From the NCBI RefSeq assembly GCF_004010195.1, contig NC_057757.1, forward strand, positions 109,800 through 171,208: a stretch of 61,409 nt of DNA, given 5' to 3'. Source of the stretch: Chiloscyllium plagiosum (taxonomy: Eukaryota). The notes beneath the pieces were generated by a model, which saw only the letters and a list, made by a program, of their open reading frames with translations, was not told the DNA's origin and did no database searches. Of this stretch, positions 49,255 through 61,184 are shown in pieces. Position numbers and translations under genes: made by a program. Each line of letters starts with the position of its first letter. Within the stretch, counting starts at the first letter, position 1.

Positions 49255-50700
49255 TGTGGAGGAGCTGGCGTTCGACTTTGGGGTAGATGAAGTTAAAAAT
49301 CACACAACATCAGGTTATAATCCAACAGATTTATTTGAAAGTACAAGGTTTCAGAGCACTGCTCTTTCATCAGGTAGCTAGTGGGGCAGCTACATGGGAC
49401 ACAGAATTTATAAGTAAAAGATCAAAGTGTCATACAACTGATGCAATGTAGGAGACAAACCTGGAGGGCTGTTAAGTGTTTAATCGGTGAGAATGGGTTT
49501 CGATTGATTAATATGTAAATCTCAGAATTTCTTTCAAGTCACAGCCCGTAGATAACTTAAGGTATAATCAGTGGATAAAGAAAGGTGACATCTCAACTCA
49601 GTCGATGCAGTAAAGATTTTATTTCCAAAGTAGGAACTTATAAAATGTCACATTGCGAAGGGTCTGTTTCTGTGCAGTACATCTCTGTGCTTGTATGACG
49701 GCCTGCCTACAGATGGTGTGCCTTTTGAACAAAATAGAACGTATGTACAAACACAAATCTGGAAATGCAAATTCACTCCAAAGACTCATATGTGTGTGAG
49801 AGTGTGAGAGTGTGAGAGTGTGAGAGTGTGAGAGTGTGAGAGTGTGAGAGTGTGAAGTGAGAGAGTGAGAGAGTGAGAGAGTGAGAGTGTTTGTAGTGGG
49901 GTCACCTGTAGTGTGACATGAACCCAAGGTCCCAGTTGAGACTGTCCTCATGGGTACCAAGCTTGGTTATCAGCCTCTGCTCAGTGACTCTGCTTTGTTG
50001 TGTATCCCCAATGGAGGATGTTCACCTGAAGATCTCAGGCCAAATACCCTTGATCGCTAAAATGATGGCCCACTGGGAGGGAAAGTCCCTGTCTGGCAAT
50101 TGTTACTCGGTGTCCATTCATCTGTTCTCATAGCATGTCCATTGTTTCGCCAAGGTACCATGTCTTGGGACATCCTTGTCTGCAGCATATGAGATAGAGT
50201 CACATCAGTACCTGCCAGGCACGTGGTGGGTGGTGTCCCCATGTGTAATGGTGGTATCCATGTCGATGCTCTGACATGTCTTGTAGTGGTTGCCATGACA
50301 GGGTTGTATGGAGCTGTGATCAATGTTGTCCTGAAGGCTGGGCAGTTTGCTGTGAACAATGGTCTGTTTAAGGTTTGGCAGTTGCTTAAAGGCAAGACGT
50401 GGAGGTATAGGGAGGATCTTGACAGGCTGAGAAGAACATGGCATAGGTTCTCTGAACAACAAAGGGTATGCTATCGATCATATTCTGTGTCTGTCTCCCG
50501 AGGAGGTCATTATGGTTTCTCACTGTGGCACATCAGAACTGGCGATAGATGAGTTGAGCATGGTATGCTGTTCTTATGAGGGCATCCTTGAGCAGCTTCA
50601 GGTGTCCATCACATTCCTCCTCATCTGAACAGATCCTGTGTATGCGTAGGGGATGGCTGTTTTAATATGTTTAGGTGGAAGCTAGAGAAGTGCAGTCTCG
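49255..50700 (-). mobile_element. Neptune-type PLE: RT C-terminus and GIY-YIG remnant, (GAGTGTGA)n tract at 49791-49890, pLTR
   Basis: Minus translation RIHRICSDEEECDGHLKLLKDAL; ORF 50205..50462 (PPRLAFKQLPNLKQTIVHSKL). pLTR TAC-CTGATGA-AAGAGCAGTGCTCT-GAAACCTT-GTA at about 49342-49377. Confidence 0.85.
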
Positions 50701-51706
50701 CATGCATTGATGATGGACTCGATCGGCAGTCTGAAGATCAATAATCAGGTAAGGGCACTCACTTTGGCTCAGCATGTGTCAGGAAATTCAAGCTGTGAAG
50801 TCAATGTGCCCATGGCATGTGATTTTATGACTATATTTTTCAGAGTAGAAAGGAAACTACATATTCTAGGTTACTAGAGACACCTACAATCACAACAACC
50901 TCCGTGTGAGGAACAGGATGACAGTTTGGTTGACATGTCCTAGCATCTGTGGAATGCGAAGTCAGCTCCTGCTCAAACTAATGGAAATTCCCACTCATAA
51001 CCAGCTGCAGAGGCACAACATGGAAGAAGATGTTCCCAGTAACAAAAACAAAAATTGCGGAAAAACTCAGCTGATCTGGCAGCACCTGGGAAGACAAAGG
51101 AGTGTTAACATTTTGGGTCCAGTGACTCTTCAGCAGAACTGAGTTCTGAATAAATATTGGAAATTTCAGTCAAGAGAGGTTGTCCACAAGATATGGACAA
51201 AGAAGGAAGTGGAAATTCACACAATACTGTCCAGTGTATTCTGCTCCTACCACTGAGGCACTTGTCTACCTCATACACTGCAGGCAAGGATGCCCTGGCG
51301 AAACCATGCAGACACCACGCAACAATCGCTAGAGAGGGATGTTCCCTCCCCGTTGGGGAACACTTCAGCGACCAAGGGCATTCAGACAGGGTCAGGGAGA
51401 TTCTTTCTAACCAGGATCGGGTTAGAGTCAACTCCCAGAGCATTGCATTGATGAGCACAAAATTCACAAAATCAATTTTGTCAAGTTTTGACATTCTCAT
51501 CAACTACATGTAGCAATGATAAATACACACAAAATTATAAAATAACTAATGAGTTACCTACTCACTTTACAATCAACTGGTGAACCTTCATAACACAGAC
51601 AATAGCAAAGACTGTGCGAGTGCAACTTTAGAAGATCATTGTACAGGCTCATCTCGGTCTGGAGCTTGTACCTTGTGTGAGTGTAATAAAGGAAAGTTAG
51701 TTGATA

Positions 51707-51880
51707 GGGGCTGCACAGTGGCTCAGTGGTTAGCACTGCTGCCTCACAATACCAGGAACCCAGTTTTGATTCCAGCCTTGGGTGTCTCCCTGTTTGGAGT
51801 TTGCATATTCTCCCCGTGTCTGAGTACATTTCCTCCAGGTGCTCTGGTTTCTCTCACAGTCCAAGGATGTGCAGGTTAAG
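51707..51880 (+). mobile_element. HE1 SINE, 3'-truncated where the 54-bp array starts
   Basis: GCACAGTGGCTCAGTGGTTAGCACTGCTGCCTCAC...GATGTGCAGGTTA. Confidence 0.88.
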
Positions 51881-51883
51881 GCG

Positions 51884-54485
51884 GATCACTGCACATTGAA
51901 CCGATTCTCTCTGTTGGGACTTTAATAGGAGCTCAACGATCACTGCACGCTGAGCTGACTCTCTCTGCTGGGACTGTAATAGGATCTCAGCGACCACTGC
52001 ATGCTGAGCTGGCTCTCTCTGCTGGGACTGTAATAGGATCTCAGCGATCAGTGCACGCAGAGCTGACTCTCTCTGCTGGGACTGCAATAGGATCACAGTG
52101 ACCACTGCACGCTGAGCTGACTCTCTCTGCTGGGACTGTAATAGGATCTCAGCGACCAGTGCACGCAGAGCTGACTCTCTCTGCTGGGACTGTAATAGGA
52201 GCTCAGCGATCACTGCACGTTGAGCTGGCTCTCTCTGCTGGGACTGCAATAGGATCTCAGTGACCACTGCACGCTGAGCTGACTCTCTCTGCTGGGTCTG
52301 TAATAGCAGCTCAGTGATCACTGCATGCTGAGCTGACTCTCTCTGCTGGGACTGTAACAGGATCACAGTGACCACTGCACGCTGAGCTGCCTCTCTCTGT
52401 TGGGACTGTAATAGGATCTCAGCGATCACTGCATGCTGGGCTGGCTCTCTCTGTTGGGACTGTAATAGGATCTCTGCGATCACTGCATGCTGAGCTGACT
52501 CTCTCTGCTGGGACTGTAATAGGATCTCAGTGATTACTGCACGCTGAGCTGACTCTGCTGGGACTGTAATAGGAGCTCAGCGATCACTGCACGTTGAGCT
52601 GGCTCTCTCTGCTGGGACTGCAATACGATCTCAGTGATCACTGCACGCTGAGCTGGCTCTCTATATCTCAGTGATCACTGCACGCTGAGCTGGCTCTCTA
52701 TCCTGGGACTGCAATAGCAGCTCAGCGATCACTGCACGCTGAGCTGACTCTCTCTGCTGGGACTACAATAGGAGTTCAGCGATCACTGCACGCTGAGCTG
52801 GCTCTCTCTGCTGGGACTACAATAGGAGTTCAGCGATCACTGCACGCTGAGCTGACTCTGCTGGGACTGTAATAGCAGCTCAGTGATCACTGCACATTGA
52901 GCTGACTCTCTGCTGGGACTGCAATAGGAGCTCAGCGATCACTGCACGCTGAGTTGGCTCTCTCTGCTGGGACTGCAATAGGATCTCAGTGATCACTGCA
53001 CGCTGAGCTGACTCTCTCTGCAGGGACTGTAATAGCAGCTCAGTGATGCAGACAACAAGCAACATGAATTCGACTGGGACAACACTGCTATCATAGGGCA
53101 AGCCAGACAGAGAACAGCCAGGGAATTCCTAGAGGCATGGCATTCATCCACAAACTCCATCAACAAACACATCGACCTGGACCCAATATACCAACCACTA
53201 CAGCGGACAGCTGAAACTGACAACCGGAAGCGGCCAGGGACAACCACTATAAACACCGGAGGAAACATCAAAGAAGCGCTTCGCAGGAGGCTCCCAAGCA
53301 CTGATGATGTCGCCTAGCCAGGGGACGAAACGTTTGCAACAAAAACTTCCAGCTCGGCGAACAGAACCACAACAATGAGCACCAGAGCAACAAATCTTCG
53401 CACAAACTTTGAACTGTAATAGGAGTTCAGTGATCACTGCACGCTGAGCTGACTCTCTCTGCCCAGACTGTAATAGGAGCTCAGCGATCACTGCACGCTG
53501 AGCTGAATCTCTCTGCTGGGACTGTAATAGGATCACAGTGATCACTGCACGCTGAGCTGACTCTCTCTGCTGGGACTGTAATAGAAGCTCAGTGATCACT
53601 GCACATTGAGCTGACTCTCTCTGCTGGGACTGTAATAGGAGCTCAGCGATCACTGCACGCTGGGCTGACTCTCTCTGCTGGGACTGTAATGGAAGCTCAG
53701 CGATCACTGCACGCTGGGCTGACTCTCTCTGCTGGGACTGTAATAGGAGCTCAGCGATCACTGCACGCTGGGCTGGCTCTCTCTGCTGGGACTGTAATAG
53801 GAGCTCAGCGATCACTGCACGCTGCGCTGACTCTCTCTGCTGGGACTGTAATAGGAGCTCAGCGATCACTGCACGCTGCACTGACTCTCTCTGCTGGGAC
53901 TGTAATAGGATCTCAGCGATCACTGCATGCTGAGCTGACTCTCTCTGCTGGGACTGTAATAGAAGCTCAGCGATCACTGCACGCTGAGCTGACTCTCTCT
54001 GCCCAGACTATAATAGGATCTCAGCGATCACTGCATGCTGAGCTGACTCTCTCTGCCCAGACTGTAATAGGATCTCAGCGATCACTGCACGCTGGGCTGA
54101 CTCTCTCTGCTGGGACTGTAAAAGGATCTCAGCGATCACTGAACGCTGCGCTGACTCTCTCTGCCCAGACTGTAATAGGAGCTCAGCGATCACTGCACGC
54201 TGAGCTGACTCTCTCTGCTGGGACTGTAATAGGTGCTCAGCGATCACTGCATGCTGCGCTGACTCTCTCTGCTGGGACTGTAATAGGAGCTCAGCGATCA
54301 CTGCACGCTGCGATGACTCTCTCTGCTGGGACTGTAATAGGAGCTCAGCGATCACTGCACGCTGCGCTGACTCTCTCTGCTGGGACTGTAATAGGAGTTC
54401 AGCAATCACTGCATGCTGCGCTGACTCACTCTGCTGGGACTGTAATAGGAGCTCAGTGATCACTGCACGCTGAGCTGACTCGCTC
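51884..54485. repeat. 54-bp tandem array (GATCACTGCACGCTGAGCTGACTCTCTCTGCTGGGACTGTAATAGGAGCTCAGC)n, about 40 units
   Basis: Direct repeat with 18-aa periodicity in ORFs (VIAELLLQSQQRESAQRA). Interrupted at 53048-53412. Confidence 0.96.
53048..53412 (+). mobile_element. Poseidon/Penelope-type PLE 3' fragment (same family as 33002-33400) inserted in the 54-bp array
   Basis: ADNKQHEFDWDNTAIIGQARQRTAREFLEAWHSSTNSINKHIDLDPIYQPL. GCA-CTGATGA-TGTCGCCTAGCCAGGGGAC-GAAA-CGTT-TGC at 53298-53337. Confidence 0.88.
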
Positions 54486-54626
54486 TGATGGCCACGGCAG
54501 AGTTCAGTAACTTGCACAGGCTGGCAATCACTCCCTGAAGCTGTCAGTCCTTTGCAAATTTATCACCCGCTGAACGATAAAGGCAGTTATCAGGCAACCA
54601 TTATATAAAGTCTAGCTTAGACGTAC

Positions 54627-54865
54627 CTGGATAAGCTTGGCTAGTTTGAGAAAGGGACCAATGTAAGAGGATTTGGAAAGTTCAAGGATAGACTGGATGT
54701 GTTTGACACCGGCTTTATCCAGTTGGAAACCAATCCCCGACAGATCATCACACCGGTTGCGCCAGAAGTCAATCTCATCCAGTGGTCCCGAGATCTCGCC
54801 TGTCTCTACAGCCTCCTGTGCACTTAGTACATCTTTAATTTGACGAGTCCAGTGAACAACAGCAG
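54627..54865 (-). CDS. DNAH2: DNAH2 exon, DHC_N1 domain (AVVHWTRQIKDVLSAQE...GPLDEIDFWRNRCDDLSGI...SSYIGPFLKLAKLIQ)
   Basis: 239 bp, TTTTCAG acceptor, GTACGT donor, phase 1 to 0. Contains the conserved HWTRQIK and PL-EI-FW motifs of dynein N1. Confidence 0.95.
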
Positions 54866-55214
54866 CTGAAAATTTAAGGGTATATATTAGATGCCCTTCT
54901 CAACACATTCAGTCATTATTGGCAAGAGAAAACACTTTCACTGAATGCCATCCCTTATATCTCCCAAACAGGAGCTGGAGAAAGCTATGCAGCCTCTTGA
55001 ATCTCTAAGATTGGAGGAGGAGACCATTGAACCCCTCAAAACTGTTACACTGATTCTTTCTGAAGTTCCTCCATAATGAAATTTGCAGCCATTCAGTACA
55101 CAATCAATAGTATTAATAGCAATGAAAGACATGATCAAACCAGTTTTAATAAAATGTTTTAATTCGGTCAAATAAAGTTGGGTAAAGGTGGATTACACCA
55201 ATCGAACCATTGGG

Positions 55215-57670
55215 TCATAGAAACAGACCATTCAGTCCAACTCATCCATACCAACCAGATATCTTACATTGATCTAGTCCCATTTGCCAGCACTTGGCCC
55301 ATATCCCTCCAAACCCTTCCTATTCCTATACCCATCTTCCAAGGAAAACAGCCCCAGCCTGTTCAGCCTCTCCCTGTAGCTCAAATCCTCCAACCCTGAC
55401 AACATCCTTGTAAATCTTTTCTAAACTCTTTCAAGTTTCACAACATCTTTCCCATAGCAAGGAGATCAGAATTACACGCAATATTCCAACAATGGCCTAA
55501 CCAATGTCCTGTACAGCCACAACATGACCTCCCAACCCCTGTACTTAACACTCTGACCAATAAAGGAAAGCATACCAAACACCTTCTTCACTATCCTGTC
55601 TACCAGCAACTCTACTTTCAAGGAGCTATGAACCTGCACTCCGAGGTCTCTTTGTTCAGCAACACTCCCTAGGACCTTAGCATTAAGTGTATAAGTCCTG
55701 CCCTGATTTGCCTTTCCAAAATGCAGCACCTCACATTTATCTGAATAAAACTCCATCTGCCACCTCACAGCCCATTGGACCATCGGTCAAGATCCTGTTG
55801 TACTCTAAAGTAACCTCCTTCGCTGTCCACTACATCTTCAATTTTTGTGTCATCTGCAAACTTACTAACCATACCTGCTATATTCACATCCAAATCATTT
55901 ATATGAATGACTAATGGCAGTGGATTCAGCACCGATCCTTGTGGCATTCCACTGGTCACAGGCCTCCAGTCTGAAAAACAACCCACCACCACCACCCTCT
56001 GTCTTCTACCTTTGAGCCAGTTCTGTTTCTAAATGGCTAGTTTTTCCTCTATTCCGTAAGATCTAATCTTGCTAACCTGTCTCCCATGGGGAACCTTGTC
56101 GAACACCTTACTGAAGTCCATATAGATCACATCTACCGCTCTGCCCTTATCAGTCTTCTTCACTACTTCTTCAAAAACTGCAGTCATGTTTGTGTGACAT
56201 GATTTCCCAAGCACAAAGCCATGTTGACTATCTCTCATCTTTCAGAGAACACCTCTGGGACACCCGGACCAACCAACCCAACCACCCTGTGGCTCAACAC
56301 TTCAACTCCCCCTCCCATTCCACCAAGGATATGCAGGTCTTTGGACGCCTCCATCGCCAGACCACAACAACATGACGGTTGGAGGAAGAGCGCCTCATCT
56401 TCCGCCTAGGAACCCTCCAACCACAGGAGATGAACTCGGATTTCAACAGTTTCCTCATTTCCCCTCCCCCCACCTTGTCTCAGTCAAATCCATCGAACTC
56501 AGCACCGCCTTCCTAACCTGCAATCTTCTTCCTGACCTCTCCGCCCCCACCCCAGTCTGACCTATCACCCTCACCTTGACCTCTTTCCACCTATCGCATT
56601 TCCAACGCCCCTCCCCCAGGTCCGTCCTCCCTACCATTTATCTTAGCCTGCTGGTCACACTTTTCTCATTCCTGAAGAAGGGCTTATGCCTGAAACGTCG
56701 ATTCTCCTGTTCCCTGGATGCTGCCTGACCTGCTGCGCTGTTCCAGCAACACATTTTCAGCTATCTCTTGCCTTTCCAAATAAATGTACATCCTGTTCCA
56801 CAGGATTCCTACCAATAGCTTGCCTCCCACTGATGTTAGGCTTACCGGTCTGTAGATCCCTGGCATTTCCTTACCACCTTTCTCAAACAGTGGCACCATG
56901 TTAGCTAACCTCCAGTCTTCCGGCACCTCACCTGTGACTATCGATGATACAAATATCTCAGCAAGGGGCCCAGCAATCACTTCCCTAGCTTCCCATAGAG
57001 TTCTAGAATACACCTGATCAGGTCCTGGGGATTTATCCACTTTTACGAGTTATAAGACATTCAGCACCTCTCCCTCTGTAAAATGGACATTTTTCAAGGT
57101 GTTGCTAATTATTTCCTCACCTTCCCTATCTTCCGATGCAAAATACTCGTTTAGTATCTCCCCCATCCCCTGCAGGTCCACACATCGGCTGCCTTGCTGA
57201 GCTCTCCCTAGTTACCCTTTTGTCCTTAATGTATTTATAAAAACCCTTTGGATTCTCCGTAACTCTATTTGCCAAAGCTATCTCATATTCCCTTAACGCC
57301 CTTCTGATTTCCCTCTGCAGTATACTCCTACTGCCTTTATACCCTTCCAGGGATTCACTCGATCTCTGTTGTCTATACCAGACATATGCTTCCTTCTTAT
57401 TCTTAACCAAAACTTCAAATTCTCTCATCATCCAGCATTCCCTATACTTTGCCCTTCACCCTAACAGGAACATACTGTATCTGGACTCTCGTTACCTCAG
57501 TTTTGATGGCTTCCCATTTTCCAGCTGTTTTGTTACTGGCGAAAATCTGCCCCCAGTTAACCTTTGAAAGTTCTTCCTAATACCATCAAAATTGGCCTTC
57601 CTTCAATTTAGAACTTCAACTTTCAGATCCAGTCTATCCTTTTGCATCACCATTTTAAAACTAATGGAAT
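55215..57670 (-). mobile_element. CR1 ORF2 and 3' end with a nested Neptune-type PLE (+, about 56236-56760)
   Basis: ORFs 55472..57431 carry CR1 RT motifs. PLE REHLWD...PVAQHFNSPSH and LEEERLIFRLGTLQP with a pLTR. CTATCTCT on both flanks. Confidence 0.92.
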
Positions 57671-58064
57671 TATATTAATATTGCCTCAGGACCATCAGTA
57701 TTCTCCTAACAAGGGCCGCAGCATGATAACTCATTCAAAGTTCCTCTGTCAGTACAGCTTTTCCTTGATAATGCACCAAGGTCCCAGCCCTAAATACTGT
57801 TCTCAGATTTCGAGCTGAATAAATACATTTTAAGGGGAATCTTTGAAGCAAGATGTGGGTAAAAGAATGGGATATGTTGATCAGTTGAGTCACAGACAGG
57901 TGTGACTTGAGAGATTAAACTTGAGCTGAATAAAGTATTGACATTCCGTAGACCAGATGTTATCTAGTCTAACATCGACATGGAGCTCAGGGTGCTTGTG
58001 GAGTGTAGATCCATATTTATGTTCAGAAATGCCTCCGAATTTTGAATACTCCAATTGCGTAGGG

Positions 58065-58570
58065 TCTCTTTCCTATCGGAAAGATGTTGTGAAACTTGAA
58101 AGGGTTCAGAAAAAATTTACAAGGATGTTGCCAGGGTTGGAGGGTTTGAGCTACAGGGAGAGGTTGAACAGGCTGGGGCTGTTTTCCCTGGAGCGGCGGA
58201 GCCTGAGGGGTGACCTAATAGAGGTTTATAAAATCATGAGGCGTATGGATCGGGTAAATAGACAAAGTCTTTTCCCTGGGATGGAGGAGTCCAGAACTAG
58301 AGGGCATAGGTTCAGGGTGGGAGGGGAAAGATATAAAAGAGACCTCAGGGGCAACTTTTTCACACAGAGGGTGGTGTGTGTATGGAATGAGCTGCCAGAG
58401 GAAATGGTGGAGGCTGGTACAATTACAGCATTTAAACGGCATCTGGATGGGTATATGAATATGGGATATGGGCCGGGTGCTGGCAGGTGAGATTGGGTTG
58501 GGATATCTGGTCTGCATGGACGAGCTGGACCGAAGGGTCTGTTCCGTGCTGTACATCTCAATAACTCTAT
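58065..58570 (+). mobile_element. CR1 3' fragment
   Basis: ORF 57957..58490 KLERVQKKFTRMLPGL...FKRHLDGYM. Confidence 0.92.
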
Positions 58571-58630
58571 GCGGCTCCCAATGGAAGTACCGATTACAGT
58601 TCCACCAGCAGTGAATGACCAGTTAATAGC

Positions 58631-58948
58631 TGACATGGTGGCTCAGTGGATAGTATTGCTATCTCACAGTGCCAAGGACCCAGGTTTGATTCCCTCCTTG
58701 GGCGACTGTCCGTGTGGAGTTTGCACATTCTCCCTGTGTCTGCATGGGTTTCCTCCAGGATTCTTCCCACAGTCACAAAGATGTGCAGAGCAGGTGAATT
58801 GCCCATGCTAAATTGCCCATGGTATTAGGTGTATTAGTTAGGGGTAGATGTAGGGGAATAGGTCTGGGTGGGTTACTCTTCGGAGGGTCGGTGTGGACTT
58901 GTTCAGCTAAATGGCCCGTTTCCACACTGGAGGGAATGTAATGTAATC
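58631..58948 (+). mobile_element. HE1 SINE
   Basis: Same head, core and tail as the other HE1 copies. Confidence 0.88.
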
Positions 58949-59072
58949 TGTAGGTGTAGCATCAGATAGATAACTTCTTAACACAGATTCAACGTCTCAG
59001 GAAAGCAAATGGGCAATGCTGATTGTAAAATAGTCACCAAAGGTGACCAATCTTACTATAAGCTCTACTCAC

Positions 59073-59183
59073 TTTCCAATCTCTGTACAAGCTCCTTATC
59101 CAGCGCAACCTGATCAGGTGGCAAATTCATGCCCTCAAGTGGAATGTAGAGTACTGTGTGGCCATCCAGCTTGTAACGAGCAT
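59073..59183 (-). CDS. DNAH2: DNAH2 exon (DARYKLDGHTVLYIPLEGMNLPPDQVALDKELVQRLE)
   Basis: 111 bp, TAG acceptor, GTGAGT donor, phase 1/1. Within ORF 59065..59256. Matches DTRYKLEGHTVLYIP...DKELVQRLE. Confidence 0.95.
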
Positions 59184-59427
59184 CTACAGAAAAGGGCAGG
59201 CACAGATCAAAGCTGAATACATTTTTTGCAATCCTGATGCCGTGAACAGAACCCACCCATCCGCTGAAGAAAGTGATTCTGTCTAGATGTCGGGGGAGAA
59301 GAGGATCAGGGTCCTAAGCTCACCTGCCAGCACTCACCACCTTCCAAATCAAGGATGGTCCCCAGGGGAAGTTACTAAGAGAAGGGTAGCACCTGCACAA
59401 TAATAATGCAAGATGAGGGGCGAACAT

Positions 59428-59808
59428 ACTGACCCTCCGACAGTGCGGCACTCCCTCAGCACTGACCCTCCAATAGTCCGACACTCCCTCAGCACTGACC
59501 CTCCGACAGTGCGGCGCTCCCTCAGCACTGACCCTCCGACAGTGCGGCGTTCCCTCATCACTGACCCTCCAACAGTGCAGCGTTCCCTCAGCCCTGACCC
59601 TCCGACAGTGCGGCACTCCCTCAGCCCTGACCCTCCGACAGTGCAGCACTCCCTCAGCATTGACCCTCCGACAGTGCGGCACTGCCTTAGCATTGATCCT
59701 CCGACAGTGCGGTGCTCCCTCAGCCCTGACCCCCCGACAGTGCGGTGCTCCCTCAGCACTGACCCTCTGACAGTGTGGTGCTCCCTCAGTGCCGACCCTC
59801 TGACAGTG
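59428..59808 (-). repeat. 33-bp minisatellite, about 11 units
   Basis: (ACTGACCCTCCGACAGTGCGGCACTCCCTCAGC)n. Confidence 0.95.
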
Positions 59809-60006
59809 AAGAACTCCGTGAATAGTGACCTCTGGCAGTCCTGGCACCAACAGCTAGGTGAATACCTTTATGCCGATACAGGAGTTTGTTCAAACCCATG
59901 CCCCTTGGTTCAACAGCAGTGACAGGAATGCAACATGCTACACCCAGGCTGACACTGAGCAGCCATGCGGGCAGCCCAATGTTCTGTATATCTGATCAGT
60001 TGGTAC

Positions 60007-60235
60007 CTGTAAGGCTGGCAAGGAACTTGTGCAGATGTGCTGAAAAATTGTTCTTGAGACTGTCAGGCCACATTCGGTTTTCCAGGAACTGTGGAGCATA
60101 GATGCCCAGCATGTGCCTGAGCAGGCTCTCCAGGTAACCTCCCCGGATGGTTCCAAACTGAACAACGTGCACAAAGTTCTCCGCATCAATCTCAGTTTTC
60201 TCCTTACGGATGAAAAAAATGAGATGATCTGTGGG
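60007..60235 (-). CDS. DNAH2: DNAH2 exon (PTDHLIFFIRKEK...VQFGTIRGGYLESLLRHMLGIYAPQF...WPDSLKNNFSAHLHKFLASLT)
   Basis: 229 bp, AG/GT ends, phase 0 to 1, manually translated. Matches DNAH2 VQFGTVRGPYI...WPESIRNHFASHLHKFLACLT. Confidence 0.93.
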
Positions 60236-60704
60236 CTGTATGGGAAGACAGGAAGAAGATTCAGGCAGTCATAGAGCTTGCAGAGATTAACAGCTGCTTA
60301 TTGTCAGGGAGGAGAGACACAGTCTTCTTTGGTGGTGATGGTGGTGGTGGGGGTTGACAGGGTGAGGCACAAAGCATGTGGAAGGGTTGAAGCATGAGGA
60401 ACTTCAAATTAAAGATAGTACTTTCAGGGATGATGCCAGATCGCACTTCCTCACAGTAAGTGGAACGGATTTCAGGGACTCTCGCCCCACGCACCAAAAT
60501 TACCTGGAGGTCAACTGAAAATATTTTTAAAGAACTCACATATTTTTGGTTGCTCAAAAGTATGAAGGGATGCAAAAGCAAGTTGGGTAAATGAAGTTAA
60601 GATGAAGAGAAGCACCCTGATGCCAATGGACAACAGTAAGTTGGAGGGGCTGAATGGCATCCGATCAGTTCTGATGAGTGTACCTGTTTGCATTGGAAAC
60701 GTAC

Positions 60705-60875
60705 GTGAGATGGGGTGCCAAGGTGCACCTGCAGTCCACTGAACTGATCCATGTGCACAGTCAGAACCCTCAGCTTTGTATCATAGATGAAGTCATCCAG
60801 AGTGTGCTCATATTCCTCTATCCACATCTCAGGCTGGAGATTCTCCAGAACCACACGGCTTTTAATGAGGTAATT
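60705..60875 (-). CDS. DNAH2: DNAH2 exon, N-terminal region (NYLIKSRVVLENLQPEMW...GLQVHLGTPSH)
   Basis: 171 bp, CAG acceptor after a pyrimidine tract, GTACGT donor, phase 0/0. Resembles recalled human DNAH2 PLFLSRAALTGL...GLKLELGMPVQ. Earlier exons lie beyond the window. Confidence 0.8.
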
Positions 60876-61184
60876 CTGCGACAGAAAACACACAGTAAGG
60901 TTTGCTTTCAGGGATTTTTACGAAACATTAGACCTGGGCCCAGTCTTCCCACATCCAAAGGAATGCTAGCTGGGATCAGTCCCACTGTGTATCTGGTGCC
61001 AGGACACACACCGGGACCGGAGGTGCAAACCCTAGCACAGGAATAAGGGAATGCTGCAATGGGGAGGCGATGGCCTTTATCACTAGAATATTAACGGGAA
61101 TTGGGTTCAATTCTAACCATGGCAATTTTAATTCAATAAAAAATCTGAAATTAAGAGTCTAATAATGAGCGTGAAATGGCTGTC

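Noticed and set aside
49791..49890. (GAGTGTGA)n tract as a telomere-like or regulatory repeat
   Set aside because: It is a simple microsatellite within a PLE 3' region and is not TTAGGG.
51884..54485. CRISPR-like appearance (palindromic repeat units)
   Set aside because: Units are contiguous with no unique spacers, there are no cas genes, and the context is a vertebrate intron.
51854..54517. Long Gln/Glu-rich ORFs that look like coiled coils
   Set aside because: Translation of the 54-bp tandem repeat. DNAH2 splices in frame across this intron without them.
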